From: a virus
Virus record (IMG/VR): IMGVR_UViG_3300045051_000531
Reading direction: 5' to 3' (one strand)
DNA length: 64,000 nucleotides
The notes under the pieces were generated by a model. That model was not told the DNA's origin, made no database searches, and worked only from the letters and a program-made list of their open reading frames with translations. Made by a program: the position numbers and the translations under genes. Positions 63,643 through 64,000 of the stretch are shown piece after piece. Positions within the stretch are counted from its first letter, which is position 1, and each line of letters starts with the position of its first letter.

Positions 63643-63868
63643 GGAGACCGCCACGGTTGAAGTCGTCACCAGCGGAGGCCCTGACATGGTCTGGGCCTCC
63701 GACCTGATCCAGGTTCCCAAGCAGGACTTCCTGGACGCCGTGGCTGCCTTCAAGTCAACGGGGGCCTGCTGTTGCGACACGAAGCGGCGATTCATCGTCG
63801 ACATACCGGGGTATCCGATGGACATCCGGAGGTGCGCGGTCTGTGACCGTTCCCTAGGTGGCGTATGA
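63635..63868 (+). CDS. Small Cys-containing (possible zinc ribbon) protein
   Basis: CCC and CAVC motifs; 77 aa. Confidence 0.62.
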   Translation: MAEETATVEVVTSGGPDMVWASDLIQVPKQDFLDAVAAFKSTGACCCDTKRRFIVDIPGYPMDIRRCAVCDRSLGGV

Positions 63869-63975
63869 CGCCACGACGGATCACGCGCTCCGCGTTCTAC
63901 CGCAACGGCGGTTTCTCCAGCACCAGCCAGTTCCGTTACATGCGTAGCGGGATCTGGCGTTACTACACGTACTAA
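63865..63975 (+). CDS. 36-aa Arg/Tyr-rich peptide
   Basis: ATGA-coupled start; stop overlaps the AAGGAGG of the next gene. Confidence 0.5.
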   Translation: MTPRRITRSAFYRNGGFSSTSQFRYMRSGIWRYYTY

Positions 63976-64000
63976 GGAGGCCAGATGCCTGATCCAGCTC

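Noticed and set aside
1-64000. Genome-wide TAG (or TGA) reassignment
   Set aside because: Many coherent genes end at TAG (7855, 14560 as TAGTAG, 21058, 32243, 56845, 63162) or TGA with the next gene starting immediately, and capsid, sheath and helicase have no in-frame stops. The only interrupted gene found is the Pth2-like one.
1-64000. Integrase, transposase, terminase, portal or DNA polymerase genes
   Set aside because: No supporting motifs were recognised in this window; they may lie outside it, and a divergent portal among the head ORFs cannot be excluded without profile searches.

Overview
GC-rich double-stranded DNA bacteriophage segment, probably from a large myovirus-type phage; no terminase, portal or integrase was recognised in the window. 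1-38.8 kb (+) is a virion operon: head/internal proteins rich in K-x-A motifs, a putative prohead protease, scaffold-like proteins, an HK97/encapsulin-like major capsid protein, a TPR + GT41 (OGT/SPINDLY-like) glycosyltransferase, Ig-like/SwmB-like proteins, neck, sheath, tube, spike, hub, a sigma-70-family factor, baseplate wedge and fibre genes. 38.8-43.6 kb holds two minus-strand K-x-A proteins, a CHC2-zinc-finger primase-like protein and a methyltransferase. 43.6-60.5 kb is a translation/RNA-centred accessory region: about 16 tRNA or tRNA-like genes, two further glycosyltransferases, a RelA/SpoT-type HD hydrolase, a prepilin-like peptide, a 7-unit Y RNA array upstream of a Ro60/Rsr (TROVE-vWA) gene, a Pif1-like helicase, and an amber (CUA) suppressor tRNA followed directly by a Pth2-like gene with UAG at codon 4. 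60.6-64 kb is small hypothetical genes. Top leads: the suppressor tRNA/Pth2 amber switch, the Y RNA array, a Met tRNA with a 108-nt kissing-loop insertion in its anticodon loop, and the K-x-A putative protease code. All family calls come from motif recognition by eye, not database searches.
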